DNA from: Betaproteobacteria bacterium
Lineage (GTDB): Bacteria; Pseudomonadota; Gammaproteobacteria; Burkholderiales; Ga0077523
Assembly (NCBI GenBank): GCA_016125475.1
Contig: WGLR01000019.1
Location: 120,746 to 184,745 of the forward strand
Direction of reading: 5' to 3'
Length of the DNA stretch: 64,000 nt
Below, one piece after another: positions 50,420 through 60,534 of this stretch. Numbering within the stretch: the stretch's first letter is position 1; every line of letters begins with the position of its first letter. Below the pieces are notes generated by a model. It saw nothing but the letters and a program-made list of their open reading frames with translations, had not been told where the DNA came from and searched no databases. Position numbers and translations under genes: made by a program.

Positions 50420-51906
50420 GTGCCCGTCACGGCCCGTCCGGCGCTGGTCCCCGCGATGCGTCCGAACACCGCGCCCGACATGAGTCCCGTGCCTCCCGGG
50501 TAGTTGAAGTAGAACAGGCCGCCTACGAGTTCGCCCGCCGCGTAGAGCCCCGGAATCGGCAGGCCGTCCGTGTCCACGACCTGCGCGTCGGTCGTCACGC
50601 GCAGGCCGCCGAACGTGAACGTGATCCCGCAGGACACCGCGTACGCCTCGAACGGTGGCTCGTCGATCGTGTTCGCCCAGTTCGACTTCGGCACCGCCAG
50701 CCCGTCGGTGCGGCGACCGTCCTTGACGTTCGGATCGAACGGGATGTCCGTGCGCACGGCGTCGTTGTAGGCGCGGATCGTCGCGAGCGCGTTGTCCGCG
50801 TGAACGTCGTCGAGCTTGCGCACGAGTGCCTCGAGCGAGTCCGCGGTGACCTTCGTGACCTGGCGGATGCGGTACTCGTCACGCAGCAGGTGCGTGACCT
50901 TGCTGTCGAAGATCTGCCATGCGAACTGGCCCGGCTGTCTCAGGATCACGGCGCCGTACTTCGCGTACGTGTAGTTGCGGAAGTCGGCCCCTTCGTCGAC
51001 GAACCGCTCGCCGTTCGCGTTGAGCATGATGCCCCACGGGTACGAGTGCTTCTGGAAGCCGTCGCCCACCGCGAGATCGCCGAATTCGGGCGCGTTGCGG
51101 TCCCAGCCCACGGCGTGGCAGCCGGACCAGTTGCCGCACGGCGACGCGCCCGCGTCGAGGGCCATGCGAATGCCGTCGCCGGTGTTGAAGCGCGTGCCCC
51201 GCACCTTCGCGAGATCCCAGCCGGGACCGAGGTAGCGCGTGCGCCACTCGGGATTCGATTCGAACCCGCCCGAAGCGATCACGACCGCACGCGCGGCGAC
51301 CGTGCGCGTCCGGCCTTCGTGCCGCACGACCACTCCCTTCACGCCGTCGTCGTCGCGCACGAGCGACATCGCACGCGCCTGATAGAAGACCTGGATGCCC
51401 TGCCGGTCCGCGATGCGTTTCTGGGCATCCACGAGCCCGGGTCCGCCGCCCCAGGCCTCGACCGTGAGGCCGCCCCAGAACTTGAACCGCCCGTCCACGA
51501 GAAATGCCTGACGCCCGTAGATCGGCACGAAACGAACGCCGTGCCCGCGCAGCCACATGAGCGTCGCACGGCTCCGGCGCACGAGCAGTTCCACGAGGTC
51601 GGGATCCGTGCGGTTCTCGGTCACGCGCGCCATGTCGTCGAAGAACCGGTCCTCGGTATAGGTGCCGAAGTCCGTGCGCGCGACCTCGTCGTCCGTGAGG
51701 TCCGGCATGAGCTCGCGCAGGTCCTCGACGCCGCGGTAGGCGAAGCGGATGGCACCGGCCGTGAAACGCGTGTTGCCGCCGGACTCTTCCTCCGGTGCGC
51801 GTTCGAGAACGACGACCGACGCACCGGATTCCCGCGCCGCGATCGCGGCACACATGGCAGCGTTCCCGGCTCCGACGACGACGACATCACACTGCTCCGG
51901 GAGCAT
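50416..51906 (-). CDS. FAD-dependent tricarballylate dehydrogenase (TcuA)-like flavoprotein
   Basis: GGAGG Shine-Dalgarno sequence then ATG 51906. DVVVVGAGNAAMCAA, GGNTRFTAGA, C-terminal GLYAAGELVGG. ORF trimmed from 52020. Confidence 0.8.
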   Translation of the reverse strand: MLPEQCDVVVVGAGNAAMCAAIAARESGASVVVLERAPEEESGGNTRFTAGAIRFAYRGVEDLRELMPDLTDDEVARTDFGTYTEDRFFDDMARVTENRTDPDLVELLVRRSRATLMWLRGHGVRFVPIYGRQAFLVDGRFKFWGGLTVEAWGGGPGLVDAQKRIADRQGIQVFYQARAMSLVRDDDGVKGVVVRHEGRTRTVAARAVVIASGGFESNPEWRTRYLGPGWDLAKVRGTRFNTGDGIRMALDAGASPCGNWSGCHAVGWDRNAPEFGDLAVGDGFQKHSYPWGIMLNANGERFVDEGADFRNYTYAKYGAVILRQPGQFAWQIFDSKVTHLLRDEYRIRQVTKVTADSLEALVRKLDDVHADNALATIRAYNDAVRTDIPFDPNVKDGRRTDGLAVPKSNWANTIDEPPFEAYAVSCGITFTFGGLRVTTDAQVVDTDGLPIPGLYAAGELVGGLFYFNYPGGTGLMSGAVFGRIAGTSAGRAVTGT

Positions 51907-52013
51907 CAGGACCTCCGAAAGGATGAGATGGGTTGCGACATTGTAGAAACATGTTCTACAGTATCGCAACACCAGGCGCCTGCGAGGCGTGACCGCGGAG
52001 GAGGACGAATCAC

Positions 52014-53798
52014 ATGCCACGCATGAAAGGCGCGGATCTCATCGCCGACTTCCTGATCCGGGAAGAAGTGCCCTATGTCTTCGGCATCTGCGGTCACGGA
52101 AACGTCGGCATGCTGGACGCCCTGTACGAACGCCAGGACCGTATCAGGCTGATCTCGCCGCGTCACGAACAGACGGCCGGCCACATGGCCGATGCGTACT
52201 ACCGTATCGCGCACAAGCCGGTTGCCACCCTCACCTCCTGCGGCCCCGGTTCGTGCAACCTCGTGATGGCGACCGCGTGCGCGTCGACGGACTCCTCGGC
52301 CTTCTATGCGATCACCGCGAACGTGCCGACGTCGCAGTTCAATCGCGGCCCCTTCCAGGAAAGCTACCGGAACCAGGCCGCCGAGTTCCCCGTGGCACTT
52401 CGTCCGTACGTGAAGCGGACGTTCCAGCCCACCCGCGTGGACATGCTGCCGCTCGCGCTTCGCCAGAGCTACAACCTGATGCTCACGGGGCGTCCCGGAC
52501 CGGTGAACCTCGACGTGCCGTTCAACCTGTTCCAGGAAGAGGACGACGTCGAGATGCTCGCGTCCGACCGTGGCGCGGGTTTCGTGCGGCCCGGCGCCTC
52601 GCCCGAAGACGTGCGGCGCGTCGTCGACCTCATCGCCGCGTCGGAGCGCCCTGCCTTCTTCGTGAGCCACGGCGTCACGCTCGCGGAGGCGGGCCCGGAA
52701 CTCACGGCCGTCGCGGAGATGCTCGGCATCCCGGTCATCTCGTCACCCAACGGCATGGGAACGGTACCGATGCCGAACCCGCTCGCGCTCGGCTTCATCG
52801 GGCGCAACGGCACGTATCCAGCGAACCAGGCCGGGCGGCACTGCGATCTGCTGATCGCCGTGGGCGCGCGCTTCGACGACCGCTCGTCGTCGTCGTGGAT
52901 CCCCGGCTACTCCTGGAACATCCCGCCCACGCGCCTCGTGCACGTCGACATCGACCCGACGGAAATCGGCCGCAACTATCCCGTGGATCTCGGCATTCTC
53001 GCGGACGCGAAGGTCTTCCTCGCGCAGCTCGAGGAGGAAGCGAAACGCCGGAACCTCGCCAGGTCCGCCCGTGAGCGCTTCGCGCCCTGGCTCGAGCGGA
53101 TCCGCGGCTGGCGCGAGGAATGGGAGGCGTTCACGGCCCCCGGGTTCGGGATGAGCGGCTCGCCGCTGCGGCCGGAGCGCGTCGTGCGCGAAGTGCGGGC
53201 GGTGCTGCCGGACGACGCCATCATCTCCTGCGACAGCGGCGTGCACCACAACTGGTTCATGCAGTTCTGGGAGGCACGGCAACCCCAGGCCATGCTGAAC
53301 TCCTGGGGATTCTCCGCGATGGGTTTCGGCGTGAGCGGCATCCTGGGCGCCAAGCTCGCTGCGCCGGGCCGCCCCTGCATGGCCATCGTCGGTGACGGCG
53401 GCTTCACGATGACACCGCACGTGCTCGCGACGGCCGTCGAGTACGACATCCCCGCGATCTGGCTCGTCTGGAACAACTACTCCTGGGCAGCCATCCGCGA
53501 CATCCAGATCGGGATGTTCGGCGGCCGCGAGATCGGGACGGGGTTCTACTCCGGCCCGAAACACGAACCCTACAATCCGGACTTCGCGGCGATGGCGCGC
53601 AGCTACGGCGTGGAAGGCATCGCCGTGAAGCACTCCGACCAGCTCGGCGATGCGCTCCGACACGCGGTGTCGCTCGGGAAGCCCTGTGTGCTCGACGTGC
53701 ACGTGGACGACAAGGTAAAGCCCCCCGGCACGGGCACGTGGCAGCTCCCGCCCACACCCTATCGCGAACCGGTGTTCGGCGAGCGCGTCGTCCGGTAG
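52014..53798 (+). CDS. Thiamine-diphosphate-dependent enzyme (acetolactate synthase-like family)
   Basis: 594 aa. N-terminal Pyr domain with catalytic Glu (RHEQTAGHMADAY) and ThDP/Mg motif IVGDGGF...NN. Confidence 0.85.
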   Translation: MPRMKGADLIADFLIREEVPYVFGICGHGNVGMLDALYERQDRIRLISPRHEQTAGHMADAYYRIAHKPVATLTSCGPGSCNLVMATACASTDSSAFYAITANVPTSQFNRGPFQESYRNQAAEFPVALRPYVKRTFQPTRVDMLPLALRQSYNLMLTGRPGPVNLDVPFNLFQEEDDVEMLASDRGAGFVRPGASPEDVRRVVDLIAASERPAFFVSHGVTLAEAGPELTAVAEMLGIPVISSPNGMGTVPMPNPLALGFIGRNGTYPANQAGRHCDLLIAVGARFDDRSSSSWIPGYSWNIPPTRLVHVDIDPTEIGRNYPVDLGILADAKVFLAQLEEEAKRRNLARSARERFAPWLERIRGWREEWEAFTAPGFGMSGSPLRPERVVREVRAVLPDDAIISCDSGVHHNWFMQFWEARQPQAMLNSWGFSAMGFGVSGILGAKLAAPGRPCMAIVGDGGFTMTPHVLATAVEYDIPAIWLVWNNYSWAAIRDIQIGMFGGREIGTGFYSGPKHEPYNPDFAAMARSYGVEGIAVKHSDQLGDALRHAVSLGKPCVLDVHVDDKVKPPGTGTWQLPPTPYREPVFGERVVR

Positions 53799-53849
53799 CG
53801 TGGCAACCGGCCCGATGCGCGCACCGCCTTCCGCAGGGAATCACGTCGC

Positions 53850-55292
53850 ATGACCGCCCCGGACTCCTTCTCGCCCGTGCAGGCGCGCAACCTCTTCGAC
53901 GGTGCGTGGCAGGATCCCGCGCGCACGGCCGACGTCGTGGATCCGTACCGCGGCACGACGGTCGGCACGGCGCCGGTCTCCACGCCCGGCGACGTCGCAC
54001 GCGCCATCGCGACCGCAGTCGAAGCGCGGGCGGCGGCCGCTGCCATGCCCGGGTACGAGCGCGCCGCGCTGCTGCGCCGCATCGCAGGCCTCATCGAACG
54101 TGACGTGCACGCGCTCGCACTGCTCATGGCACGCGAGACGGGCAAGGCCATCCGGGACGCCGAGGCGGAAGTCCGCCGTTCGCTCGAGACCTTCGCACTC
54201 GCGGCCGAGGAGGCCATCCGCATCGAGGGACGCCACATACCGCTCGACGGCAGCGCGATGGGCGCCGGCAAGCTCGCGATGCTGCTTCGTTTCCCCGTGG
54301 GCGTGGTCGCCGCGATCACGCCGTTCAACGCGCCCTTCAACCTCGCCGCGCACAAGATCGCACCGTCCATCGCCGCCGGCAACGCGCTGGTGCTCAAACC
54401 TCCTCCCCAGACGCCGCTGATCGTGCATCGCCTCGCGGAACTCGTCGTCGAGGCCGGCGCACCGCGCGGCATGCTGAATGTCGTGCACGGCGGCGCGGAC
54501 GTCGGTGCGGCGCTCGTGGCCGACCCAAGGGTGGACTTCATCACGTTCACCGGGTCGAGCCGGGCAGGTGCGGCGATCAAGGCGGCCAGCGGTCTCAGAC
54601 GCGTCGCGCTCGAACTCGGTGGCAACGGTGCAACGATCGTCCACGAGGATGCCGATCTGCCGGCGGCCGCCACGGTGTGCGCGCGCAACTCGATGCGCCT
54701 CGCGGGCCAGAGCTGCATCTCCGTGCAGAGCGTGTACGTGCACGAGAGCCGGTTCCCGCAGTTTCTCGATCTCGTCGCGGACGAGGTGCGGAAGATGACA
54801 CTCGGTGATCCGCTCGATCCGGCCACGGACGTCGGCACGCTGATCGACGGGAATGCCGCGCAGCGCGTGGAAGCGTGGGTGCGGGAGGCCGTCGAGGCAG
54901 GTGCCCGGATCGTCACGGGCGGACAGCGGAACGGCGCGGCATTCGAGCCGACCGTGCTCGCCAAAGTGGACCCCACGATGCGCGTGGTGTGCGAGGAGGT
55001 CTTCGGCCCTGTCGTGAACGTGATCCCCTACGGCGACATTCGTGAGGCGTTCGACGCGATCAACGCGAGCCCCTACGGACTGCAGGCCGGCATCTTCACG
55101 AAGTCCAACGAAGTGTCCTTCGGCGCGATTCGCGCGCTGCGTGTGGGCGGTGTCATCGTGAACGGGACCTCGACCTGGCGCACGGACCAGCTCGCCTACG
55201 GCGGCGTGAAGGCGAGCGGCATCGGCCGCGAAGGCCCACGCTACGCGATCGAGGAAATGACCGAACAACGTCTCGTCGTCTTCAACCTCTAG
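53850..55292 (+). CDS. Aldehyde dehydrogenase
   Basis: 480 aa. ITPFNAP, VLKPPPQTP, ELGGNGA, catalytic Cys GQSCISVQ. Confidence 0.9.
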   Translation: MTAPDSFSPVQARNLFDGAWQDPARTADVVDPYRGTTVGTAPVSTPGDVARAIATAVEARAAAAAMPGYERAALLRRIAGLIERDVHALALLMARETGKAIRDAEAEVRRSLETFALAAEEAIRIEGRHIPLDGSAMGAGKLAMLLRFPVGVVAAITPFNAPFNLAAHKIAPSIAAGNALVLKPPPQTPLIVHRLAELVVEAGAPRGMLNVVHGGADVGAALVADPRVDFITFTGSSRAGAAIKAASGLRRVALELGGNGATIVHEDADLPAAATVCARNSMRLAGQSCISVQSVYVHESRFPQFLDLVADEVRKMTLGDPLDPATDVGTLIDGNAAQRVEAWVREAVEAGARIVTGGQRNGAAFEPTVLAKVDPTMRVVCEEVFGPVVNVIPYGDIREAFDAINASPYGLQAGIFTKSNEVSFGAIRALRVGGVIVNGTSTWRTDQLAYGGVKASGIGREGPRYAIEEMTEQRLVVFNL

Positions 55293-55308
55293 AGAGCCCG
55301 GATCACTC

Positions 55309-56241
55309 ATGAAGATTCTCGTCACGGGAGCAGGCGGATTCCTCGGCGCGGCAGCGGTGCGTGCGCTGGTGGCGCGCGGCGACCAGGTCATCGCACTCGA
55401 CACCCAGCTCGGCGCATTCGGCCCGGACGACGCTGCCCCCGGCCTCACCCTCGTGCCCGGCGACATCACCGACATGGCGAACGTCGCGCAGGCGATGGTC
55501 ACGCACCGACCCGATGCCGTCCTGCACTGTGCGGCGATCGTGGGGGTGCTCTCCTCGCTCGGCAGTCCGATCAACGTCGTGCGCGTGAACGTCGAGGGCT
55601 CCCTGAACGTCTTCGAATCCATGCGGCTCGCAGGCGTCACGCGATGCATCCACATCAGTTCGGAGGAGACCTACGGCGCGTTCCAGGCCGACCGGATCGA
55701 CGAGACGCACCCCCAGAACCCCGTCATGCCCTACGGCATCTGCAAGGTCGCGGTCGAGCATCTCGGCCGGACGTACCGTGACCTGCACGGGCTCGAGGTG
55801 ATCAACCTCAGGACATCGTGGGTCTACGGTCCGGGACTCCCGCGCAACCGCATTCCGAAGAACCTCGTGGACGCAGCCCTCGCGGGGCGCGAACTGCACG
55901 TGCCCTGGGGTGCCGACACGGCCATCGATCACACGTACGTGGACGACGCGGTCTCGGCGATGCTCTGCGCGCTCGACCGGGACGCATTCGCGCACGACGC
56001 CTACCACGTCGCGAGCGGAACGAGTGCTACCGTGCGGGAGATCGTCGAGATCGTGAAGTCGCTGGTGCCCGGTGCGAAGCTGACCGTGGGTGACGGGCCG
56101 CTGCGTTTCAACGACGGGCTCGTGATGGTGCGCAAGGGAGCGCTCGACGTCACGCGTGCCGGAAAGGAGTGGGGCTGGCACCCGAAGCACGACATGCGCA
56201 GCGGACTCGCGGCCTACGTCGCCGCGCTCCGGGCGCGCTGA
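55309..56241 (+). CDS. NAD-dependent epimerase/dehydratase (extended SDR)
   Basis: MKILVTGAGGFLGAA and the YxxxK motif in PYGICKVAVE. 310 aa. Confidence 0.85.
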   Translation: MKILVTGAGGFLGAAAVRALVARGDQVIALDTQLGAFGPDDAAPGLTLVPGDITDMANVAQAMVTHRPDAVLHCAAIVGVLSSLGSPINVVRVNVEGSLNVFESMRLAGVTRCIHISSEETYGAFQADRIDETHPQNPVMPYGICKVAVEHLGRTYRDLHGLEVINLRTSWVYGPGLPRNRIPKNLVDAALAGRELHVPWGADTAIDHTYVDDAVSAMLCALDRDAFAHDAYHVASGTSATVREIVEIVKSLVPGAKLTVGDGPLRFNDGLVMVRKGALDVTRAGKEWGWHPKHDMRSGLAAYVAALRAR

Positions 56242-56284
56242 CGCTCCGCCACGCCCGGCGGCAATCTCAGAGGAGAAGCACAGG

Positions 56285-56677
56285 ATGGCGAAGTCCAGGA
56301 CGAAGCAGAAACCGGCCAAACCCGCTGCGGTGATACGCCCCGCGGCCTCCGTCCTCTGGGACGAACCGCCCGCGCACTACGGCGGCGCGTTCTCGAAGAT
56401 GCTCGTGCGTCCGGAACCCTGCGGCGCGAAGGCTCTCGACTACCGCATATCGGTGTACCAGCCGCGGGCCTATGTCGCGCCGCACCGCCACAAGATCCAG
56501 GAACAGGTCTATCACGTGCTCGACGGCGAGGGCCTCATGGAGATCGAGGGCGAACGCACGGTCGTCCGCCGGGACGACATCGTCTTCATCCCGCCCGGCG
56601 TCGAGCACGCGATCTACAACACCGGGCTGACCGACCTGCGTTTCATCGTGGTCACCTCGCCACCCGACGACGCCTGA
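56285..56677 (+). CDS. Cupin-domain protein
   Basis: ATG 56285 preceded by a GAGGAG-containing stretch. Cupin motifs HRHKIQEQVYHVLDGEG and IPPGVEHAIYN. Confidence 0.75.
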   Translation: MAKSRTKQKPAKPAAVIRPAASVLWDEPPAHYGGAFSKMLVRPEPCGAKALDYRISVYQPRAYVAPHRHKIQEQVYHVLDGEGLMEIEGERTVVRRDDIVFIPPGVEHAIYNTGLTDLRFIVVTSPPDDA

Positions 56678-56697
56678 CCGGCCGGACGCACCGCACG

Positions 56698-57348
56698 ATG
56701 AAACCCGGTCAGGGGGTCCTGCTCGTCACCCACTCGATCACCCCCGAAGCGCGCGCGGAGTGCGACGAGTGGTACATGCGTCAGCATCTGCCGGAACGCG
56801 TCGGGCTGCCGGGCTTCCTGCGCGGCCGCCGCTTTCAGCACGTATCGGGTGAACCGCGCTATCTGGCCTGGTACGAGACGCACTCTCCCGGCGTGCTCCA
56901 CAGTCAGGCATACGAGGAACGGCTCGCGAACCCGACCTCGTGGACACGGCGCGTGATGCCGAACTTCCGGGACATGTCGCGCAGCGTCCTGCGTGTCGAA
57001 CTGTCACTCGGCGATCTCGACGGCGGGTTCCTCGGCCTGATCCCGCTCGCCGACAACGCGGGCGTACCCGACATTCCGCGCATCCACGCCGTGCTCGCAG
57101 CCGCCGCCCGCAAGGCGGACATCTGTGCCGCGCACCTGCTCACGGCGACCGAAGACGCACCCGCGCAGACCGTGGAATCGCACCTGCGCGGCGGCGAGGA
57201 CAGGTCCCTCCCCGCGGCGATTGTCATCGAAGGCACGTCCGAATCCGTTCTCGATCTGGCCACGGCCGATCTGCTGGTGTCCCTCGACTCGATCGGGTCA
57301 CCCATGGCCGAGAGCTATCGCCTGATGTTCTCGCAGTACTCGGGCTGA
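56698..57348 (+). CDS. Hypothetical protein (possible tandem ferredoxin-like/EthD-type fold)
   Basis: 216 aa with good coding-like composition and in operon context. N-terminus GVLLVTHSITPEARAECDEWYMRQHLPERVGLPGF is reminiscent of DUF4286/EthD-like proteins. Weak call. Confidence 0.45.
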   Translation: MKPGQGVLLVTHSITPEARAECDEWYMRQHLPERVGLPGFLRGRRFQHVSGEPRYLAWYETHSPGVLHSQAYEERLANPTSWTRRVMPNFRDMSRSVLRVELSLGDLDGGFLGLIPLADNAGVPDIPRIHAVLAAAARKADICAAHLLTATEDAPAQTVESHLRGGEDRSLPAAIVIEGTSESVLDLATADLLVSLDSIGSPMAESYRLMFSQYSG

Positions 57349-57420
57349 CGTCGCGTCCGCGGACGGGCCCTGCGCCCGGACCTGCGCGACACGGACACAC
57401 ACGACGGGAGGTGAATTGTC

Positions 57421-58704
57421 ATGACCATCGCTCGGCTGGCGGCTGCATTCCTCGCATTCGTCTCCATCCTTACTGCGTCCGTCCCGGCCGCTGCCGCGGG
57501 CGAACGCCCGATCCGTGTCGGCCTCGTGACCTTCCTGTCGGGGCCCGGCGCCGGTCCGTTCGGCATCCCCGCGAAGAATGCCGCCGATCTGATCTTCGAC
57601 GCCCTCGAGGCCGGCTCGGTGCCTGCGCCCTATCAGACGAAAGGCTTCGGCGGGAACCCGATCGAGGTCGTCACGATCGACGAATCGGGGGGCACCACGA
57701 ACGTCGTCGCGCAGTTCCGCGCACTCGTCCAGCAGCGCAAGGTGGACCTCGTGATCGGATACGTGTCGAGCGGGAGCTGCCTCGCGGTGGCGCCCACGGC
57801 GGAAGAACTCAGGACGCTCACCGTGTTCTTCGACTGCGGGACACCGCGGATCTTCGAGGAACACTCCTACCACTACGTCTTCCGGACCGCCGCACACGCG
57901 ACGATGGACAACGTGGGCGCTGCCCTATATGTGCGGGACCACCTTCCCGACGCCGTGCGAATTGCGGGCATCAACCAGAACTACGCCTGGGGCCAGGATT
58001 CGTGGCGCGACTTCGAGGCGTCGATCCGCAAGCTCGACCCGAAGGTCGAGATCGTGAACTCCCAGATGCCGAAGCTCTTCGCGGGCCAGTACGGCACCGA
58101 GATCTCGGCCCTGCTCGCATCCCGGCCGGATCTGCTCCACACGAGCCTGTGGGGCGGCGATCTCGAGGCATTCATCCTGCAGGCGGCACCGCGCGAGCTG
58201 TTCCGGAAGAGCCCGGTCGTGCTCACGGCGGGCGAGACCGAACTGCACAGGCTCGAGGGCAAGATTCCCGACGGCACGATCGTCGGTGCACGCGGGCCGC
58301 ATGCGGAGTTCGCCCCGGACAATGCCCTGAACCGCTGGTTCCGGGCGGCGTACGAGAAGCGCTTCCACATGTCTCCGGTCTTCACGTGCTACCACATGGC
58401 CCAGGCGATATTCGGCGTGAAGGCCGCCTACGAGCGCGCCCGCGCCGCTGCCGGTGGCGCCCGCCCCGACACGGAAGCGATCATCTCGGCTTTCGAGGGA
58501 CTCGCCTTCGAGACCCCGAGCGGCACGACACGGATGGCGCTCGGTCACGGCCACCAGGGCGTACAGCCGACGGCGTACGGGCGCACGAAGATGGTCGACG
58601 GGCACATGACGATCACCGACATCACGGTGTATCCCGCCGACGTGGTGAATCCCCCGGAAGGCGTGACGAGCGAGGACTGGATCCGGTCCGGGTTCGGACA
58701 CTAG
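57421..58704 (+). CDS. Periplasmic ABC-type substrate-binding protein (Leu/Ile/Val-binding family, type I PBP)
   Basis: Signal peptide ...ASVPAAAAG. IRVGLVTFLSGPGAG start typical of the LIVBP family. 427 aa. No permease or ATPase genes adjacent. Confidence 0.8.
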   Translation: MTIARLAAAFLAFVSILTASVPAAAAGERPIRVGLVTFLSGPGAGPFGIPAKNAADLIFDALEAGSVPAPYQTKGFGGNPIEVVTIDESGGTTNVVAQFRALVQQRKVDLVIGYVSSGSCLAVAPTAEELRTLTVFFDCGTPRIFEEHSYHYVFRTAAHATMDNVGAALYVRDHLPDAVRIAGINQNYAWGQDSWRDFEASIRKLDPKVEIVNSQMPKLFAGQYGTEISALLASRPDLLHTSLWGGDLEAFILQAAPRELFRKSPVVLTAGETELHRLEGKIPDGTIVGARGPHAEFAPDNALNRWFRAAYEKRFHMSPVFTCYHMAQAIFGVKAAYERARAAAGGARPDTEAIISAFEGLAFETPSGTTRMALGHGHQGVQPTAYGRTKMVDGHMTITDITVYPADVVNPPEGVTSEDWIRSGFGH

Positions 58705-58728
58705 CGGCGGCAGGAACACACTGCGGGA

Positions 58729-60384
58729 TCAGTCGATCCCCGGATGCTCCGGTGGCAGCGGCGCCCGCCCGCGGATCAGGTCGGCCGCCTTCTCGGCGAT
58801 CATCATTGTCGGCGCCCCCGTATTGCCCGAGGGCATCGTCGGCATGATCGACGCGTCCACGATCCGGAGTCCCTCGACGCCCCGCACGCGGAGCTCGTCG
58901 TCGACCACCGCCGACGGATCCGACGCCGGCCCCATCCGGCACGTGCCCATGGGATGCCAGGCCGTGCTGCACCGCTCGCGCGCGTAGTCCAGCAGTTCCT
59001 CGTCGGACTGCGCCGACGCCGGTGGCGCCTCGTCCCGGTCGTGGTAGGCCATGAGCGGTGCGGTGTGCAGGAGCGTGCGTGTGAGCCGCAGCGCGTCGAC
59101 CACGACGCGCCGGTCGCGCTCGTCGTCGAGATAGTTCGGCTGGATCGCGGGATCGTCGAAGGGATCCGCGGTCCGCGCGCGTACGAATCCGGTGCTCTCC
59201 GGGCGCAACTGATAGAAGCCCAGGGTCATGCCCGGAAACGAGTCCAGCATGCCCGTAAGGCCCGACGCATAGCTGCCGGGCGAGAAGTGGAACTGCAGGT
59301 CGGGACGCCCCACGGACTCGCGCGAGCGCCAGAAGGCATAGGCGACCGACGGACTGATCGCGAGGATGCTCGGCCGACCGAGAGACCACTTGACGATCTC
59401 GCGCACGAGACGCCAGCCGCGCGCCGTGCTGTTGATGGTCTCGACCCCCTTCACCCTCACGATCGAGCGCACCATCATGTGGTCGCGGTAGTTCTCGCCG
59501 ACACCCGCGAGCACGTGCACGGGTCGCACGCCCAGACGCTGCAGCAGCTCACCCGGTCCGACGCCCGAGAGCTGGAGCAGCTGCGGGGTGTGCGTGGCGC
59601 CCGCACAGACGATGACCTCGCGCGCGGCCTGCACGCTCAGTTCGTCGCCTCCCCTGCTCCGGACGTACCGGACACCCGTCGCGCGCCTGCCCTCGAACGT
59701 GATGCGGGTGGCGTGCGCGCCCGTGCGTACGCTCAGGTTCGCGCGGGACGTGGCAGGGTGCAGGAATGCCTTCGCGGCACTCACGCGACGTCCTTCATGG
59801 ATCCACCGCTGGTAGTAGCCGACGCCTTCCTGCCGAGGGCCGTTGTAGTCCGTGTCCCGCGGAATGCCCATCGCCGCGGCACCTTCGATGAACGCGTCGC
59901 ACAGCGGATGGCGCCAGTCGCAGTCGGTGATCGGCAGCGCGCCATCCTTTCCCCGGTAGCGGGAGTCGGCCTTCCCGACACGCCGCTCGGTGCGCCGGAA
60001 GTAGGGCAGCACGTCCGCGTACGACCAGCCCCGGTTGCCCAGAGCGGCCCACTCGTCGTAGTCCCCGGTCTGGCCGCGGGTGTAGTTGAACCCGTTGATC
60101 GAACTCGATCCGCCGAGCGTGCGCCCCTGCATCAGCAGGATGCGGCGTCCCGCGGTGCCCTCACCCGGTTCGGTGTGCAGCGGCCACGTGTACCGCGGGT
60201 TGTAGCCGATGCGGATGAAACCGGCCGGGATGTGGATGAACGGGTTCGTGTCCCGCGGGCCCGCCTCGAGCAGGCAGACCGTCGTACGGCCGTCGGCGGT
60301 GAGCCGGTTCGCGAGCAGGCACCCTGCCGCGCCGGCACCGACGATCACGTAGTCGAAGGTCTCCAATGGCTCTCGTGTCGTCAC
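58729..60384 (-). CDS. GMC-family oxidoreductase (choline dehydrogenase-like)
   Basis: FDYVIVGAGAAGCLLANRL, GGSSSINGFNY, C-terminal active-site His region WHPMGTCRMG. 551 aa. Confidence 0.9.
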   Translation of the reverse strand: MTTREPLETFDYVIVGAGAAGCLLANRLTADGRTTVCLLEAGPRDTNPFIHIPAGFIRIGYNPRYTWPLHTEPGEGTAGRRILLMQGRTLGGSSSINGFNYTRGQTGDYDEWAALGNRGWSYADVLPYFRRTERRVGKADSRYRGKDGALPITDCDWRHPLCDAFIEGAAAMGIPRDTDYNGPRQEGVGYYQRWIHEGRRVSAAKAFLHPATSRANLSVRTGAHATRITFEGRRATGVRYVRSRGGDELSVQAAREVIVCAGATHTPQLLQLSGVGPGELLQRLGVRPVHVLAGVGENYRDHMMVRSIVRVKGVETINSTARGWRLVREIVKWSLGRPSILAISPSVAYAFWRSRESVGRPDLQFHFSPGSYASGLTGMLDSFPGMTLGFYQLRPESTGFVRARTADPFDDPAIQPNYLDDERDRRVVVDALRLTRTLLHTAPLMAYHDRDEAPPASAQSDEELLDYARERCSTAWHPMGTCRMGPASDPSAVVDDELRVRGVEGLRIVDASIMPTMPSGNTGAPTMMIAEKAADLIRGRAPLPPEHPGID

Positions 60385-60534
60385 GATGAACGATGTCCGT
60401 GAAAAACTGGAAAGCGCCGGATTATGGCCGCATTCCTGCGCGACGCCAGGCCCGGGGGCGCCGGAACCGGCGGCCGCGCGATTCGTTCCCCGACGCGAGT
60501 GGCCGGACGAACACGCCGGACGCCGGGGCAGGAC

